A stretch of DNA of 53,488 bases from a virus. Lineage: Duplodnaviria; Caudoviricetes. The stretch's first letter is position 1; each line of letters begins with the position of its first letter. Below the pieces are notes generated by a model that saw nothing but the letters and a program-made list of their open reading frames with translations, was not told the DNA's origin and searched no databases. The position numbers were made by a program, and so were the translations under genes. The stretch is from positions 1 through 53,488 of the IMG/VR virus record IMGVR_UViG_3300020470_000011, one strand, 5' to 3'. Positions 27,500 to 37,933 of the stretch are shown piece after piece.

Positions 27500-28148
27500 T
27501 CTCTTTCCAACTACAAGGATCTACAATAGCAAATTCATTATGACCTGCATCGTCAGATCTAGTGACCATTATATCATATGATATAGAATAACGTGCAATA
27601 CTACCAAGATATGGTTCTACCTCATGCTCCAATGAAGAGGGGAATATCATTAATCTACTCTCCATGGGTGCATAAGTTGCATGACTATAACTTAAGTCAT
27701 TTAATGTCTCTACATGTATAGGCAGTCTATTAGGATTAGGTGAATGGAATTTAAGATACCCACCATTCATTACATTACCTGTCTTAAGATAATATACTGC
27801 ACTTAAACATGAATTTCTATGATTATGTTTATTAACCTTACCACCCTTCTCTACTATTACAGGCCATGCCTTTGATGCATATAATTTAATCTTATCTACA
27901 TCCACGTTAAACTTACTTAGGTATTGCTCACAATGAAAAGCAACCTGCATGTTTAACCAAGAGAATCTACTATCATTAAATAATTTATAGTCCCCGTGAG
28001 CATCACCCGTATAGCTATAATTCTCCTGCAATACAGGTAAATTCTTAGCATATATCCTCTCAAAATACTCAAGCATATGCTTTTGAATATTCTCGGAGGG
28101 GTCTAAATCTTCATGATATATTGCGGTTGGAAACCATAAATCAATCAT
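27486..28148 (-). CDS. Fe(II)/2OG oxygenase, TIGR02466-like
   Basis: WFPT..KHNH..SAVYY..IFPSSLEHEV..RYSISYD. Confidence 0.88.
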   Translation of the reverse strand: MIDLWFPTAIYHEDLDPSENIQKHMLEYFERIYAKNLPVLQENYSYTGDAHGDYKLFNDSRFSWLNMQVAFHCEQYLSKFNVDVDKIKLYASKAWPVIVEKGGKVNKHNHRNSCLSAVYYLKTGNVMNGGYLKFHSPNPNRLPIHVETLNDLSYSHATYAPMESRLMIFPSSLEHEVEPYLGSIARYSISYDIMVTRSDDAGHNEFAIVDPCSWKEIDAI

Positions 28149-28318
28149 ACATGTATCTCACATCGTATACAATCATCACACTCATATTCTTGTTTATATG
28201 TGTCAAGTTTGTTTATTAGTATATCATACTCTCGCATGATAAAGGAAGATCCTGCGTTACGTTGATACGCAACACAGGCATCTCTTAGTTGATGAATCTG
28301 CTGTTCATTGAATTGCAT
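28145..28318 (-). CDS. small hypothetical protein (57 aa) with Cys-rich C-terminus
   Basis: Hand-translated MQFNEQQIHQLRDACVAYQRNAGSSFIMREYD...ECDDCIRCEIHV; ATGA overlap. Confidence 0.65.
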   Translation of the reverse strand: MQFNEQQIHQLRDACVAYQRNAGSSFIMREYDILINKLDTYKQEYECDDCIRCEIHV

Positions 28319-28332
28319 GATACATCATCCTA

Positions 28333-28560
28333 TCAATCATCATATACAAGGCACTCAGGCTCATCAGGATGCTGATCGCAAAATAGTTCTATGCAATTAG
28401 GATCGTGATGGTCACCTGCAGTAATCTCTGCCTCATGATGCTCATAATACTCTTCCAAATCATGTAATTCTTCTTTGAAATGTCTACGAGCAGCAGGGTT
28501 CAAAGTAGGGTCACTAATAATCTCCCTGTCTTTTTGGATGTGCTGTTCTATGGTTTGCAT
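28333..28560 (-). CDS. cp12: CP12 Calvin-cycle inhibitor
   Basis: C-terminal ELFCDQHPDEPECLVYDD motif. Confidence 0.92.
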   Translation of the reverse strand: MQTIEQHIQKDREIISDPTLNPAARRHFKEELHDLEEYYEHHEAEITAGDHHDPNCIELFCDQHPDEPECLVYDD

Positions 28561-28588
28561 TTGAATTTACCAAAGAGTGTATAGGTAT

Positions 28589-30007
28589 TTATTGCTGTTC
28601 TGGGACAGAATCTCTGACTAATAATAGATTTGTCGTGATTCCCTGTCTTTGATATGTGTGAGTTAGAGCAGCGATAACATACTTACCACTGAATCTCTTA
28701 TCATGTTTTAGGTTTTTACCTTTCTCAATAGAGCCAGGAATTACAACCTTAATCAAAGAACCTGCTGCTAATGCAGTGTTTCCAGGAACTACTATTCTCA
28801 ATTGAATAGCTTTGAATAAATTATAGCGACCTGCAGCATATTGTGCAACTGCCATTGTGTCGTGATCAGGATTTGTCCCATTGTTAGGATTATTAACACC
28901 AGTCTGATTCTTAAGTCCAGGTAAAGCCCTTATCTTCATACGTGTAGGTTGTGCCTGTTTAAGAAACTCTGGTGTCTTAAATGGCATCCCTTGCTCAACT
29001 GTAGTTGCCTTATTAAAAATACCTGGCATAGTTATCTCCATCGCTTGATGGACAGTGCCACCAGGAGCACCTTTCTTATCTGATTTGTCATCACCACCAC
29101 CAGACTTTTTCTTACCTGATGTAGGTGCAAAACTATCTTTCTGTGCTGGTAATGATATACCAATAGCAGCAGATTTATAAGTACCTCTCCTCATATTACT
29201 GAGGTGATTTGCTTTATCTGGATATTGAATAGATTCAATAACATACTTACCACCATCAGGTGGATCAGTACCAGGTTGCACATAGGTATATGTAAACTGA
29301 GTCTTAGTTGCTTGACCATCACATATAGAATCTATAGATTTAAAATTAAACCCATTCCTATTCTCAAAGAATAAAAACCCAGACTGTTTCATACTAGTCT
29401 TAGATCCAGTAAGTCTAGTAACTTTATCTGTCATATACTGGATAGCATCAGATGGTTTCCAGTTAGCAGAAACAAATGTAATCTTAGAATGATTCTCAAA
29501 ATTCTCTGCAGTTATCTTATCATCTGCTTTAAGATATTCCTTACATATATGCTTAGGGACATTATCTACATCTTTAGCACCCTTACCAGGTCCAAATGCT
29601 TTAAGTATCTTTGTCATCTCATCATGATACATCTCTGGAGATACACAGTGTAGAATATACATCTGTCCTCTCTCAGACTTAATGATACTACCAATCTTAT
29701 ATACCTGTAGTGTAGTATCAAGAGACCCATGATCCAATGAGCTATCCGTTTTCATCTGAATAGTAATCTTCTCACCACCCTGTAGATTAGAATTAAAATC
29801 TATAGAGTCTAGGATACTAAAATCACACCGAAGAAATGATGCTTCAATAGATTCATGGTATTCAAAATCAACTACAAGATCTTGAATATCAAACACCTCT
29901 TCATTAACCAATTCTATTTCCATCTTCTTCAACTCAAATGCCCTGTTATTTCTATTAGGGGATTGAGATTGACTGTAGGTTGTATTAGCTTGTTGTACTA
30001 CACTCAT
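28589..30007 (-). CDS. putative baseplate hub protein (gp27-like)
   Basis: YHESIE, FLFFENRNGFNFKSID, VPGNT.L.AG, FSGKYVI..LTH motifs; position in the tail module. Confidence 0.55.
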   Translation of the reverse strand: MSVVQQANTTYSQSQSPNRNNRAFELKKMEIELVNEEVFDIQDLVVDFEYHESIEASFLRCDFSILDSIDFNSNLQGGEKITIQMKTDSSLDHGSLDTTLQVYKIGSIIKSERGQMYILHCVSPEMYHDEMTKILKAFGPGKGAKDVDNVPKHICKEYLKADDKITAENFENHSKITFVSANWKPSDAIQYMTDKVTRLTGSKTSMKQSGFLFFENRNGFNFKSIDSICDGQATKTQFTYTYVQPGTDPPDGGKYVIESIQYPDKANHLSNMRRGTYKSAAIGISLPAQKDSFAPTSGKKKSGGGDDKSDKKGAPGGTVHQAMEITMPGIFNKATTVEQGMPFKTPEFLKQAQPTRMKIRALPGLKNQTGVNNPNNGTNPDHDTMAVAQYAAGRYNLFKAIQLRIVVPGNTALAAGSLIKVVIPGSIEKGKNLKHDKRFSGKYVIAALTHTYQRQGITTNLLLVRDSVPEQQ

Positions 30008-30008
30008 G

Positions 30009-32801
30009 TTACATCAACTCCACTGGCTTTGTAGTAAATTCAGCGACCATACCAAACTTAGGTTGTAAGTATTCATCTGCATCTAAATGATCTCGACCTG
30101 GAATTACAATAGGATCTGCTGACTCACCTCCTGCTGCTGTAACTACTGCTGCTGCATCCTCTGTAACAGTTAAGTTAGCTTGAGATGCATTCATTGCTGC
30201 CTGTTGTTTCTCAAATTTTGCTTGATTCTCTTTCTGCTTTGCCTCCTCTAGACCAGCACCAACATCACCCATAGCAGAAGCAAATGCTTGTAATGCCTTC
30301 TTAAGTTGCTCCTCTGGACTAGCAGCTTTCTCTGCAGCAAGTTTCTTCTGCTCTTTCTTAGGTAATGATGCTTCATACCACTCCTGTATCTTAGGATCAG
30401 AAGCTATACTTGCAATCTTACTTGGGTCAACCTTCCTATTCCTTACGCTAGTGCCACTCTTGAATTGTGCTTTACGAGCAATTCTTTCCTTAGTATTAGC
30501 ATGCTGAATAAGCATCTTATACTCATCACTCCTAGGATCAACAGGTGCGAATCCCTGCCATGCACCAAATACTCCACCATGAGTCTTCTTAAGTGCACCT
30601 AGAATATTTACATTATACCCATCATGTGTAAACTCAATCTTATATGCTTGTTTCTTTCCACTCTCATCTTCAATATCAATATTCTTAGTGGTCTTCATAC
30701 CCGCTTGGTATGACTTCATATCAAACTCACCACCCTCAGCATACTTAGGCATGCCAAATCCACCAGCATGTGCTTGAGTTAATCTCTTTCTTGTTAAACC
30801 TTTATTCTGTCTTGTTGCAGGAGTATCAAATGGTACTACAAATGCTTTACCACCTTCTTTCATTCCTACCCACTCTCTACCATGACCAATGAAATCTACA
30901 CCACGTCCAGTAAGTGACACTGGGTAACCTGACATTGGACCATCTATCCAACCACCACCAGCTCTACCTCTCCTCTTGCGTCTATTTGCCTTTCCTCCAG
31001 GAGTTATAGTGCCTGGTGAATCATCAGCATTAAGTCTCTTCTGTCTCTCCTTGTTTCTTTCACCTTCTACCCTTGCTTTATCCTCTGCAATCTTCTTCTC
31101 TTTCCACTCATCATTGGTCATCCTGATCATATCATCATAATCTTTCTTCTTCCTATTATAATCCTGCTTCTCCTCATTATATGCTTGCATTGCTGCTGCA
31201 GCATCAGGATACTGCCCAATCTTTGTCATATCTTCTAGAGAATGAAGTCCATACTTCTTCTGTAAGTCTCTAAACTTCTTCTCCTTAGCACTCTCAACAA
31301 ATGGTGATCCTGGATGACTATCATCAGGGTCATTTGTAAAATCTCTGGTTGTATCTACTGTATGTGTTACAACTTTCTTCCTACTAGTAGACCCACCAAC
31401 TGGTACAGTTTCCTTCCATGTAGCAGTATTATTACTCTTATTGCCTCCACCTCCAGTGAAGAATTTAAGGACAGTAGTTAGTGCCTTAATACCTAAGAAT
31501 AAAGGCCAAAAGATTACTTTAAATCCAATACCAAGTATCTTACTGATCATTGGTATATGTGGTGCAACAGCATCTAAGATTTGATTAAAGAACTTACCAA
31601 GCACCTCAAAGAATTGACCAATTGGTTTCTTAATATCTGCTATCACATTATTAAATATCTTACCAATTTGACTAAACCATTTCTGCACAGGTTCAACAAT
31701 TGGTTCTAATAGACCACCTATTGCTTTACCTATAGGTGCACCAGCAGCAGAACCTATCATACCACCAACAATACCAGCACCAGGAATTCCTGTTGCAGCA
31801 CCTATTGCAGCACCTGCTGCTTGACCAACACCAGCACCTATACCAGTACCTGCTATCTCCATACCACTATTTTCTGGGTCTAAAGATGCAGTGAATGCTG
31901 CTGTGCCACCTACTGCTGCAGCATTAAATAACTTACCAAACTTACCAGTACTGAATGTCCTAAACTTAGACGCAAGTTTCCCTTGCTTGAACATATTCAT
32001 TATGCCCTTGCCTAAGGTTCCTACGACCCATGCTAAGGCTTTCACTGTTGCTACAGGTGATTTAAGGAATGCAAATGCAGCAAATAAAGGTGCAGCAGAT
32101 AGTATAAACTGCAATGCACCTAGCATTCCTTTAAAACTTAAAGGATTCTCTAAGAATTTAACTAGACCATCAAGAGAAGACCCAACTAAGAATCCTGTAA
32201 CATTAAATATAAACTTACCAAAGGCAGCAAGACCTTTGAATAACTTCTCAACCTTATCTGGGTTCTTTGATATCCAATCAAATATATGATACCCCAGAAT
32301 AATAGGTATGATCCATCGAAGCATTCTCAATAATCCACCAAAGAGACCTTGAATACCTCCCTTTATGGACTGCTTAAATGCTTTACCAATCTTCTTGAGG
32401 AATGGTGTTTTTTCTGCACCTTCTTCACTCTCATCTCTCTCTGCTTTCTTCCTTCTTAATGCTTCTGCATCATCCTTTGCTTTCTCTCTCTTCTCTCTTG
32501 CTTTATCTAATAATGCTTCTCTCTTAGCAATTGCTTTGTTATCAGATATCTGTGACCTAATACTATTACGCCAACTCTCTAGCATATTCTGAGAGTTTAA
32601 TGATATAGTATTGAGTGTTGCACCTAATGAATTAAGTCCAGCGGCTACTGTACCTAAACCCTTACCTACATTCTTCTCAACTACACTTAAATGTGCTGCT
32701 GCAGTAAGTGGAGTATATTTCTTTGCACCAGCAGTAACACCCTTATAAGATACCATCTTATAGAGTTTCGCTTTTTGTACTTTTACTCCTGGGTTTGCCA
32801 T
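30009..32801 (-). CDS. tail/tape-measure-like protein
   Basis: Coiled coil, hydrophobic helices and Gly/Ala-rich glycine-zipper segment. Confidence 0.55.
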   Translation of the reverse strand: MANPGVKVQKAKLYKMVSYKGVTAGAKKYTPLTAAAHLSVVEKNVGKGLGTVAAGLNSLGATLNTISLNSQNMLESWRNSIRSQISDNKAIAKREALLDKAREKREKAKDDAEALRRKKAERDESEEGAEKTPFLKKIGKAFKQSIKGGIQGLFGGLLRMLRWIIPIILGYHIFDWISKNPDKVEKLFKGLAAFGKFIFNVTGFLVGSSLDGLVKFLENPLSFKGMLGALQFILSAAPLFAAFAFLKSPVATVKALAWVVGTLGKGIMNMFKQGKLASKFRTFSTGKFGKLFNAAAVGGTAAFTASLDPENSGMEIAGTGIGAGVGQAAGAAIGAATGIPGAGIVGGMIGSAAGAPIGKAIGGLLEPIVEPVQKWFSQIGKIFNNVIADIKKPIGQFFEVLGKFFNQILDAVAPHIPMISKILGIGFKVIFWPLFLGIKALTTVLKFFTGGGGNKSNNTATWKETVPVGGSTSRKKVVTHTVDTTRDFTNDPDDSHPGSPFVESAKEKKFRDLQKKYGLHSLEDMTKIGQYPDAAAAMQAYNEEKQDYNRKKKDYDDMIRMTNDEWKEKKIAEDKARVEGERNKERQKRLNADDSPGTITPGGKANRRKRRGRAGGGWIDGPMSGYPVSLTGRGVDFIGHGREWVGMKEGGKAFVVPFDTPATRQNKGLTRKRLTQAHAGGFGMPKYAEGGEFDMKSYQAGMKTTKNIDIEDESGKKQAYKIEFTHDGYNVNILGALKKTHGGVFGAWQGFAPVDPRSDEYKMLIQHANTKERIARKAQFKSGTSVRNRKVDPSKIASIASDPKIQEWYEASLPKKEQKKLAAEKAASPEEQLKKALQAFASAMGDVGAGLEEAKQKENQAKFEKQQAAMNASQANLTVTEDAAAVVTAAGGESADPIVIPGRDHLDADEYLQPKFGMVAEFTTKPVELM

Positions 32802-32804
32802 CTA

Positions 32805-35369
32805 TTAACAGGTAAGCATTGGTATTGGTTTTGTTCTCACCACTGCTGGAGATCCTCCACCACTGTTATTTATTATAGGTTGACGGATTTGTCTGGTAAT
32901 TGTCATCACAGGAGGCACAAAGTTATCCATCTGTTTATCCCTAAATGCCTTCTCATCCATAATTGTCTTTGCCTGATTCCTATCCATAACCATAGATTTA
33001 ATATCACTACCAGACACATTATTATGTTTGATAACTGTTGGTGCTTGATTGAAAGTAGAAGCACGTCTTTCTCTAATAGACTGACCACCAGGACTATCAA
33101 ATGCTGCACCTAACTGTGCAAATGCTTTCTCTAAACCACCAAATACTTCATGTTGTTTTGATTGTGGGATTGGTTTTTCATCTTCTGTAGTTTGCTTATG
33201 ACTGACAGGCTCATATACAGAATCATTCTTAAGAATCTTCTTGACTGCTCCACCAAAAGGTGATTCCTTACCATAGTAATCTAAAGGATTCATTCTAGAC
33301 AATACTGCACTCTTAGGCATACCAGTATCAGCAGGATTTGTTGCCATCTCCCAGTGTAAATGTGGTCCTTCAGACCTACCAGTGTTACCAACATAACCTA
33401 CTACTTGACCCTTTGTTAACTTCTGACCCTTCTTAACCTTACAAGGTTCCATCAAATGAGCATAAAAATGTCCATAACCCTTATCATCTATCCAACTGAC
33501 ATAGTAACCATATCCACCATCCCAACCACAATCTTCAACTTCACCATCAGTAAATGCTACTAATTCTTCTCCTGTGGCAGCTGCTATATCAACACCCATA
33601 TGCATACCAGGAGACAGTTTGAAGTCCCTCATACCCATCTTAGATGTAACTACATGACCACCCTCAGCTAATGCTGGCATAGTCAATCCTAATATTCCTG
33701 CTAATGCTGCTCCTGTAACTAATCCACCCATACTCATCCATTTAACTCGATTTCTTATACTAACACGATTCTTAACAGTTACCAAGCCCCCTTCCTCATA
33801 TCCATCAAGGTTAAAGGCATTAAACGTTAAAGCATCTGCAAATCCAGCAAGCACAGACTTCGGATCCATTAATCGTTTAGCATTATTAATAACAAACTGG
33901 ATAACCTTACCCACTACCTTAAGGGCAGTACCCAATACAAATCCTACAAAATCTGCTAACCATTTAGCAGCTTTCATCAATAGACCACCTAATTGACCTA
34001 TTGCTTTAAATAATACCTGTAGAAACTCTGTTATACCAGTCTCTTTAGCAATACCCTTTACTATGTCCCATAACATCGTAAAGTATCTCTTAACAGGTTC
34101 AAATAATGGTTTGAGTAGAGGTATAAACGTCTTACCTAACCATTCACCTAAGAAACTACCAATAGCATTACCTACAATAGGTGCAAATGGTCCTAAGAAT
34201 GGACCTAGTAATGCTGTACCTGCTGCAGCACCTAAAAGACCACCTGCTGCTTGACCTATACCAGCACCAACTGCCTGTGTAGCATCTTCACCACTTGCTA
34301 TACCCGTAGCAGCTCTAGTAATACCACCAAATACAGCAAATCCCTTCTGAAATCCTGGTTTTAAGAAGTTACCTTTAACTCCCTTAGCAACCCTACCTGG
34401 AAATTTCCTTGCACCTCTAGTCTTCTTAAGAAATCCTGCTTTAAGATTCCTTCCTCTCTGAGTTGCAGTAGGTGCAACTCTCCTATTAAATATCTTCTCT
34501 TTACCTGCTCTACGAGCAGATTTCTGCATCTGTTCGTATTCACGTTTAGAGTATATTACTCCAGTCTTCTTGTCTCTATATCCTTTCTGTCTCCATGCAG
34601 CATTAGCACTTGCCTCTGCACCTTGCTCTGCTTGCTTGAAAAATACTTCTCTAACAAAGTTAATGTCTTGGAATAACTTCCAAGGCATAATCATATACTG
34701 TGCTGTCTTAAGTGCAGCAAGACCACCAACTAACTGTAGTGCTCCACCTATAAATCTAAATCCTCTCTTAACTGGTCCTTCACCAAAACCAATACCAAAC
34801 ATATTGGTGAGACCATCCATTATCTTAAAGATACCCCACCCAGAAATCTTAAATGCAAACTTAGCGAGGTTGAAAACCACCCTCATTATCTTCTCTGCTT
34901 GCTTCCCATGGGTGGATAACCATGAAAAGACTGCATACTTAACAAAGAAATCAAATATGGGAGTTAAAAATCCTGCAATAGTCTTAAGGAATCCTTTAAC
35001 TGGTTTCTTTATTTCTTCCTGTCTCTTAAGTGTTTCTTTATCTGCATCCTCTTCTGCTTGCTCTGCTGTCCTCTCTGCTTCCTTACGCTTATTGCGTCTG
35101 AACATAGAAAAAAACTTATCCAGAAATGACTTCTGTTTAAGTTTATCCTTTTTATCTTCGTCGTTTATATCGTCTAGTTTCTCCTGCCCTACGTCACTGA
35201 GCCATTCTTTCTGAAATTGAATGAGTTTATGTGTTTCAACAAAATTCTTACCAATGCTCTCTGTGACTTCGCCAGTACGATTAATACCCTTACGAATCTC
35301 ATTGAACCCATTTGTAAATGGTCCCTTGTCCGATAATGGTTTAATTTTGACGAAACTCTTTATTGTCAT
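32805..35369 (-). CDS. tail-associated protein with M23 (LytM) peptidoglycan endopeptidase domain
   Basis: HMGVDIA, YAHL and GNTGRSEGPHLHWE Zn-peptidase motifs after a tape-measure-like N-terminus. Confidence 0.8.
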   Translation of the reverse strand: MTIKSFVKIKPLSDKGPFTNGFNEIRKGINRTGEVTESIGKNFVETHKLIQFQKEWLSDVGQEKLDDINDEDKKDKLKQKSFLDKFFSMFRRNKRKEAERTAEQAEEDADKETLKRQEEIKKPVKGFLKTIAGFLTPIFDFFVKYAVFSWLSTHGKQAEKIMRVVFNLAKFAFKISGWGIFKIMDGLTNMFGIGFGEGPVKRGFRFIGGALQLVGGLAALKTAQYMIMPWKLFQDINFVREVFFKQAEQGAEASANAAWRQKGYRDKKTGVIYSKREYEQMQKSARRAGKEKIFNRRVAPTATQRGRNLKAGFLKKTRGARKFPGRVAKGVKGNFLKPGFQKGFAVFGGITRAATGIASGEDATQAVGAGIGQAAGGLLGAAAGTALLGPFLGPFAPIVGNAIGSFLGEWLGKTFIPLLKPLFEPVKRYFTMLWDIVKGIAKETGITEFLQVLFKAIGQLGGLLMKAAKWLADFVGFVLGTALKVVGKVIQFVINNAKRLMDPKSVLAGFADALTFNAFNLDGYEEGGLVTVKNRVSIRNRVKWMSMGGLVTGAALAGILGLTMPALAEGGHVVTSKMGMRDFKLSPGMHMGVDIAAATGEELVAFTDGEVEDCGWDGGYGYYVSWIDDKGYGHFYAHLMEPCKVKKGQKLTKGQVVGYVGNTGRSEGPHLHWEMATNPADTGMPKSAVLSRMNPLDYYGKESPFGGAVKKILKNDSVYEPVSHKQTTEDEKPIPQSKQHEVFGGLEKAFAQLGAAFDSPGGQSIRERRASTFNQAPTVIKHNNVSGSDIKSMVMDRNQAKTIMDEKAFRDKQMDNFVPPVMTITRQIRQPIINNSGGGSPAVVRTKPIPMLTC

Positions 35370-35554
35370 CAGAGAGACATACGATTTTCTTCTTGTTTTT
35401 GCCGTCTTTCCTCTTCAGCAATATGTGCTAAAAGGAGATTCACGTATACATCTCTTTCCCACGGCATCATATTTTCTAACTCAGTTAATGAGTATTTGTG
35501 ATGCTGCATTAATGCAAAGTTAGTCTTGTATAAATTTTCAAGACTATCATGCAT
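35369..35554 (-). CDS. gp51: baseplate hub assembly catalyst
   Basis: NFALMQHHKYSLTELENMMPWER. Confidence 0.85.
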   Translation of the reverse strand: MHDSLENLYKTNFALMQHHKYSLTELENMMPWERDVYVNLLLAHIAEEERRQKQEENRMSL

Positions 35555-35559
35555 TAGGG

Positions 35560-36264
35560 CTACTCGAAAAAACTTGCTAATCCCTCCAGCACTAACTCAC
35601 TAGTAACTTTAGTTTTAGGATTGGTAACCTCCAAAGTATATGATAGTTTAGGCATAGTCTCAAAGAATGATTGAATCTTCTGGAACTGGTCAGAATTCAA
35701 ATTCTCAAGAAACTCAAGTGCTTCCTTCTTAGTAAAGGAATCATAAACTTCTTCTTGGTCATATACTTGGTCGATACAACCAGCAGCAAGTTCAAAGATA
35801 TCATCCAAATTAGGATTATCAGTTAGGTTCTGTTGAATGAATACATCCAATGAAGGATACTTCATAACAATACCTACGTTATCATCCAATTGAATCTTCT
35901 TATCATGGTCATCTGGAACCTGTACTTCTACTTGCTCCAATGGTACCTGCACCTTCACCTCAGTCTCATTATCATCAGGTGCTGTGACCTTAAACTCACT
36001 TGTTTCACCAACTGCTTTAGACCTAATACGAAGGAAAATATATTCAATCTCAAAAGTAGCGAGATTCTCAACTTTAGTCTTTAAGTTTGTGCAGTTTTTA
36101 ATTATAGTCTTCACTGCTTTAATCATCTCTTTGTCGTTTTGCGACTCCATAGCGAGATAAAGCAATTTCTCCTCTTTCACTAGAAAGGGACGGTATGATA
36201 CTTTAGTGCCTGAAACAGGCAACTCCATCTCATACTCAGGTATGGCTAACTTAGGTAAAGGCAT
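35560..36264 (-). CDS. gp26: baseplate hub subunit
   Basis: MPLPK..YRPFLVKEEK..EYIFLRIRSKAVGE..FFETMPKL..LEGLASFF. Confidence 0.9.
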   Translation of the reverse strand: MPLPKLAIPEYEMELPVSGTKVSYRPFLVKEEKLLYLAMESQNDKEMIKAVKTIIKNCTNLKTKVENLATFEIEYIFLRIRSKAVGETSEFKVTAPDDNETEVKVQVPLEQVEVQVPDDHDKKIQLDDNVGIVMKYPSLDVFIQQNLTDNPNLDDIFELAAGCIDQVYDQEEVYDSFTKKEALEFLENLNSDQFQKIQSFFETMPKLSYTLEVTNPKTKVTSELVLEGLASFFE

Positions 36265-36288
36265 AACGATTAATTATATTATCTTTAT

Positions 36289-37023
36289 TTAGACACCAAA
36301 TCGAGCAACATCTTTCTGTGAAGATACAAACCCTAATTGTTCAGATACATCACCAAACTCGTTGATAAATCTATCACTAGTATTGGGTCCGAATCCTAAC
36401 ACATCATCAGCAATAGTGTCAAATCTATATCTCTCAAATGCAAAACTAATATTCATCTTTATTAGGTCTGCCTCATCATTATCGAGAGTTATTTCTTGCA
36501 TATCTACTGGATATGCAGAGAAGAATTGCCATGCACCAGTAGACCTATTAAGTCTCTGCTGATAACGCATTCCATTCTTACTTAGTCCATCATATATGAC
36601 ATTAGATCCCAATTCCCATTTAGATATGATTATCTGACTTGTATACTCATCGTAGAAGGTAGTCCTATTCTCTGCATCTGTAGCAGTATAATTCATCCAT
36701 CTCTCAAATATTGTCCTATGAAGTAAATCCTTAGTAAGTACAAAAGATATAGTCAACTCTCCTGGTGCGACACCAGTAGCATATTTACGTTGCATACCAA
36801 CATCTTTTACTTCACTAGTAGTAATCCTTCTTCCAGGAATCACTACATTGTCAGCAAAATAATTAATTGCATCAGCAACATCCCTGACATTACGACGAAT
36901 AACAGGGTCGTTATACATTATTGCAGGTGGAAGGGATACTCTAACCTCATAGAGATTACTACGTGCTGGTTCTTTAGCACCAGACGTAACTAACTCCTTA
37001 AACCTCTCGAATCCATTTGCCAT
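36289..37023 (-). CDS. tail tube-fold baseplate protein (gp54/gp19-like)
   Basis: ARSNLYEV, IPGR and AYP motifs of the tube-protein fold. Confidence 0.6.
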   Translation of the reverse strand: MANGFERFKELVTSGAKEPARSNLYEVRVSLPPAIMYNDPVIRRNVRDVADAINYFADNVVIPGRRITTSEVKDVGMQRKYATGVAPGELTISFVLTKDLLHRTIFERWMNYTATDAENRTTFYDEYTSQIIISKWELGSNVIYDGLSKNGMRYQQRLNRSTGAWQFFSAYPVDMQEITLDNDEADLIKMNISFAFERYRFDTIADDVLGFGPNTSDRFINEFGDVSEQLGFVSSQKDVARFGV

Positions 37024-37502
37024 TACTTAAGTCTACCCCAAATGATTGCACTAGGTACTTCCAGAATTTTACCAATACCTTTAGGTTGTATAACAAATTG
37101 TTCTACAGGTAAAGGTGTCATATCATTCAATTCCTCATTAGGTACATTATATACTCTAGTAGCACTACTCATAAAGTATTTATGGTGGCAACGCATAGGA
37201 TATGACAATGCACCATCTGCCCAATTACCAGCAACCATTTTCCTTGTCCCTGGTCTCAAATAATGTAAATTACCACCAGAAAACTGCATTTTATCATAAT
37301 CTACATCTGTGATTAATACCATAGGAAAGGTATCCCACCATGGTAAATCAGGTGTTTGTGCTGAATAGTTGAAAAATATGATATCACCAACCTGAAAAGC
37401 ACCTTCATATTCCTGCAGTCCAAAGGTCAATTGCTCTCTATACCATGACTTACTCTGTGGTATGCCACTTGCTAATTCTTTTACGTCTGTGAATATACTC
37501 AT
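37023..37502 (-). CDS. gp2: DNA end protector protein
   Basis: LPWWDTFP, GGNLHYL, LPVEQF. Confidence 0.75.
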   Translation of the reverse strand: MSIFTDVKELASGIPQSKSWYREQLTFGLQEYEGAFQVGDIIFFNYSAQTPDLPWWDTFPMVLITDVDYDKMQFSGGNLHYLRPGTRKMVAGNWADGALSYPMRCHHKYFMSSATRVYNVPNEELNDMTPLPVEQFVIQPKGIGKILEVPSAIIWGRLK

Positions 37503-37933
37503 AAATTTAGATGATGCTCTGTGAGTATAATAAAATTCATCCCTTTACCTTGACAATATTTCCTTGCTGCCTTCCATTTAGCAGCATTCACATTATATGT
37601 CTTGACTTCACTTAAAAACGTCCTGGACTTCTGTTTATTACGTTTCGGTGGGAGAGTTTGTTTATGAGGTTTAATTTCGATAATGTTCTTTGCGAGTCTT
37701 CCGTCTTTGGTTCGTGCTTTGACGTAGAAATCAGGAAAATAACGGTGAATCCTGAGATCCAAAGGACTCCTGTAAGGAATAATAATTTCTTCACTACCCC
37801 ACTCCAATACGTTTACATTGCGATCACACCAGTGCATAAACTTCTTTTCCCACAAACTCCTATAAATAATGTTTGTAGGATCACCCTTATACTTATTTCT
37901 ATTTGATGGTCTATATTTACCAGAGTAACTCAT
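37499..37933 (-). CDS. gp4: head completion nuclease
   Basis: KYKGDPTNIIYRSLWE..HRYFPDF..IEIKP..KW.AA. Confidence 0.92.
   Translation of the reverse strand: MSYSGKYRPSNRNKYKGDPTNIIYRSLWEKKFMHWCDRNVNVLEWGSEEIIIPYRSPLDLRIHRYFPDFYVKARTKDGRLAKNIIEIKPHKQTLPPKRNKQKSRTFLSEVKTYNVNAAKWKAARKYCQGKGMNFIILTEHHLNL
37861..37868 (+). promoter_or_regulatory. late promoter for gp48 (inside gp4)
   Basis: Exact TATAAATA about 65 nt before the gp48 ATG. Confidence 0.55.

Noticed and set aside
34570-35214. 214-aa plus-strand ORF
   Set aside because: Antisense shadow of a Lys/Glu-rich coiled-coil gene; Ser/Leu/Phe-rich composition typical of such shadows
37499-37933. TnsA-like transposase or mobile element
   Set aside because: The shared nuclease fold is expected for T4 gp4, and synteny with gp2, gp48 and gp53 is canonical
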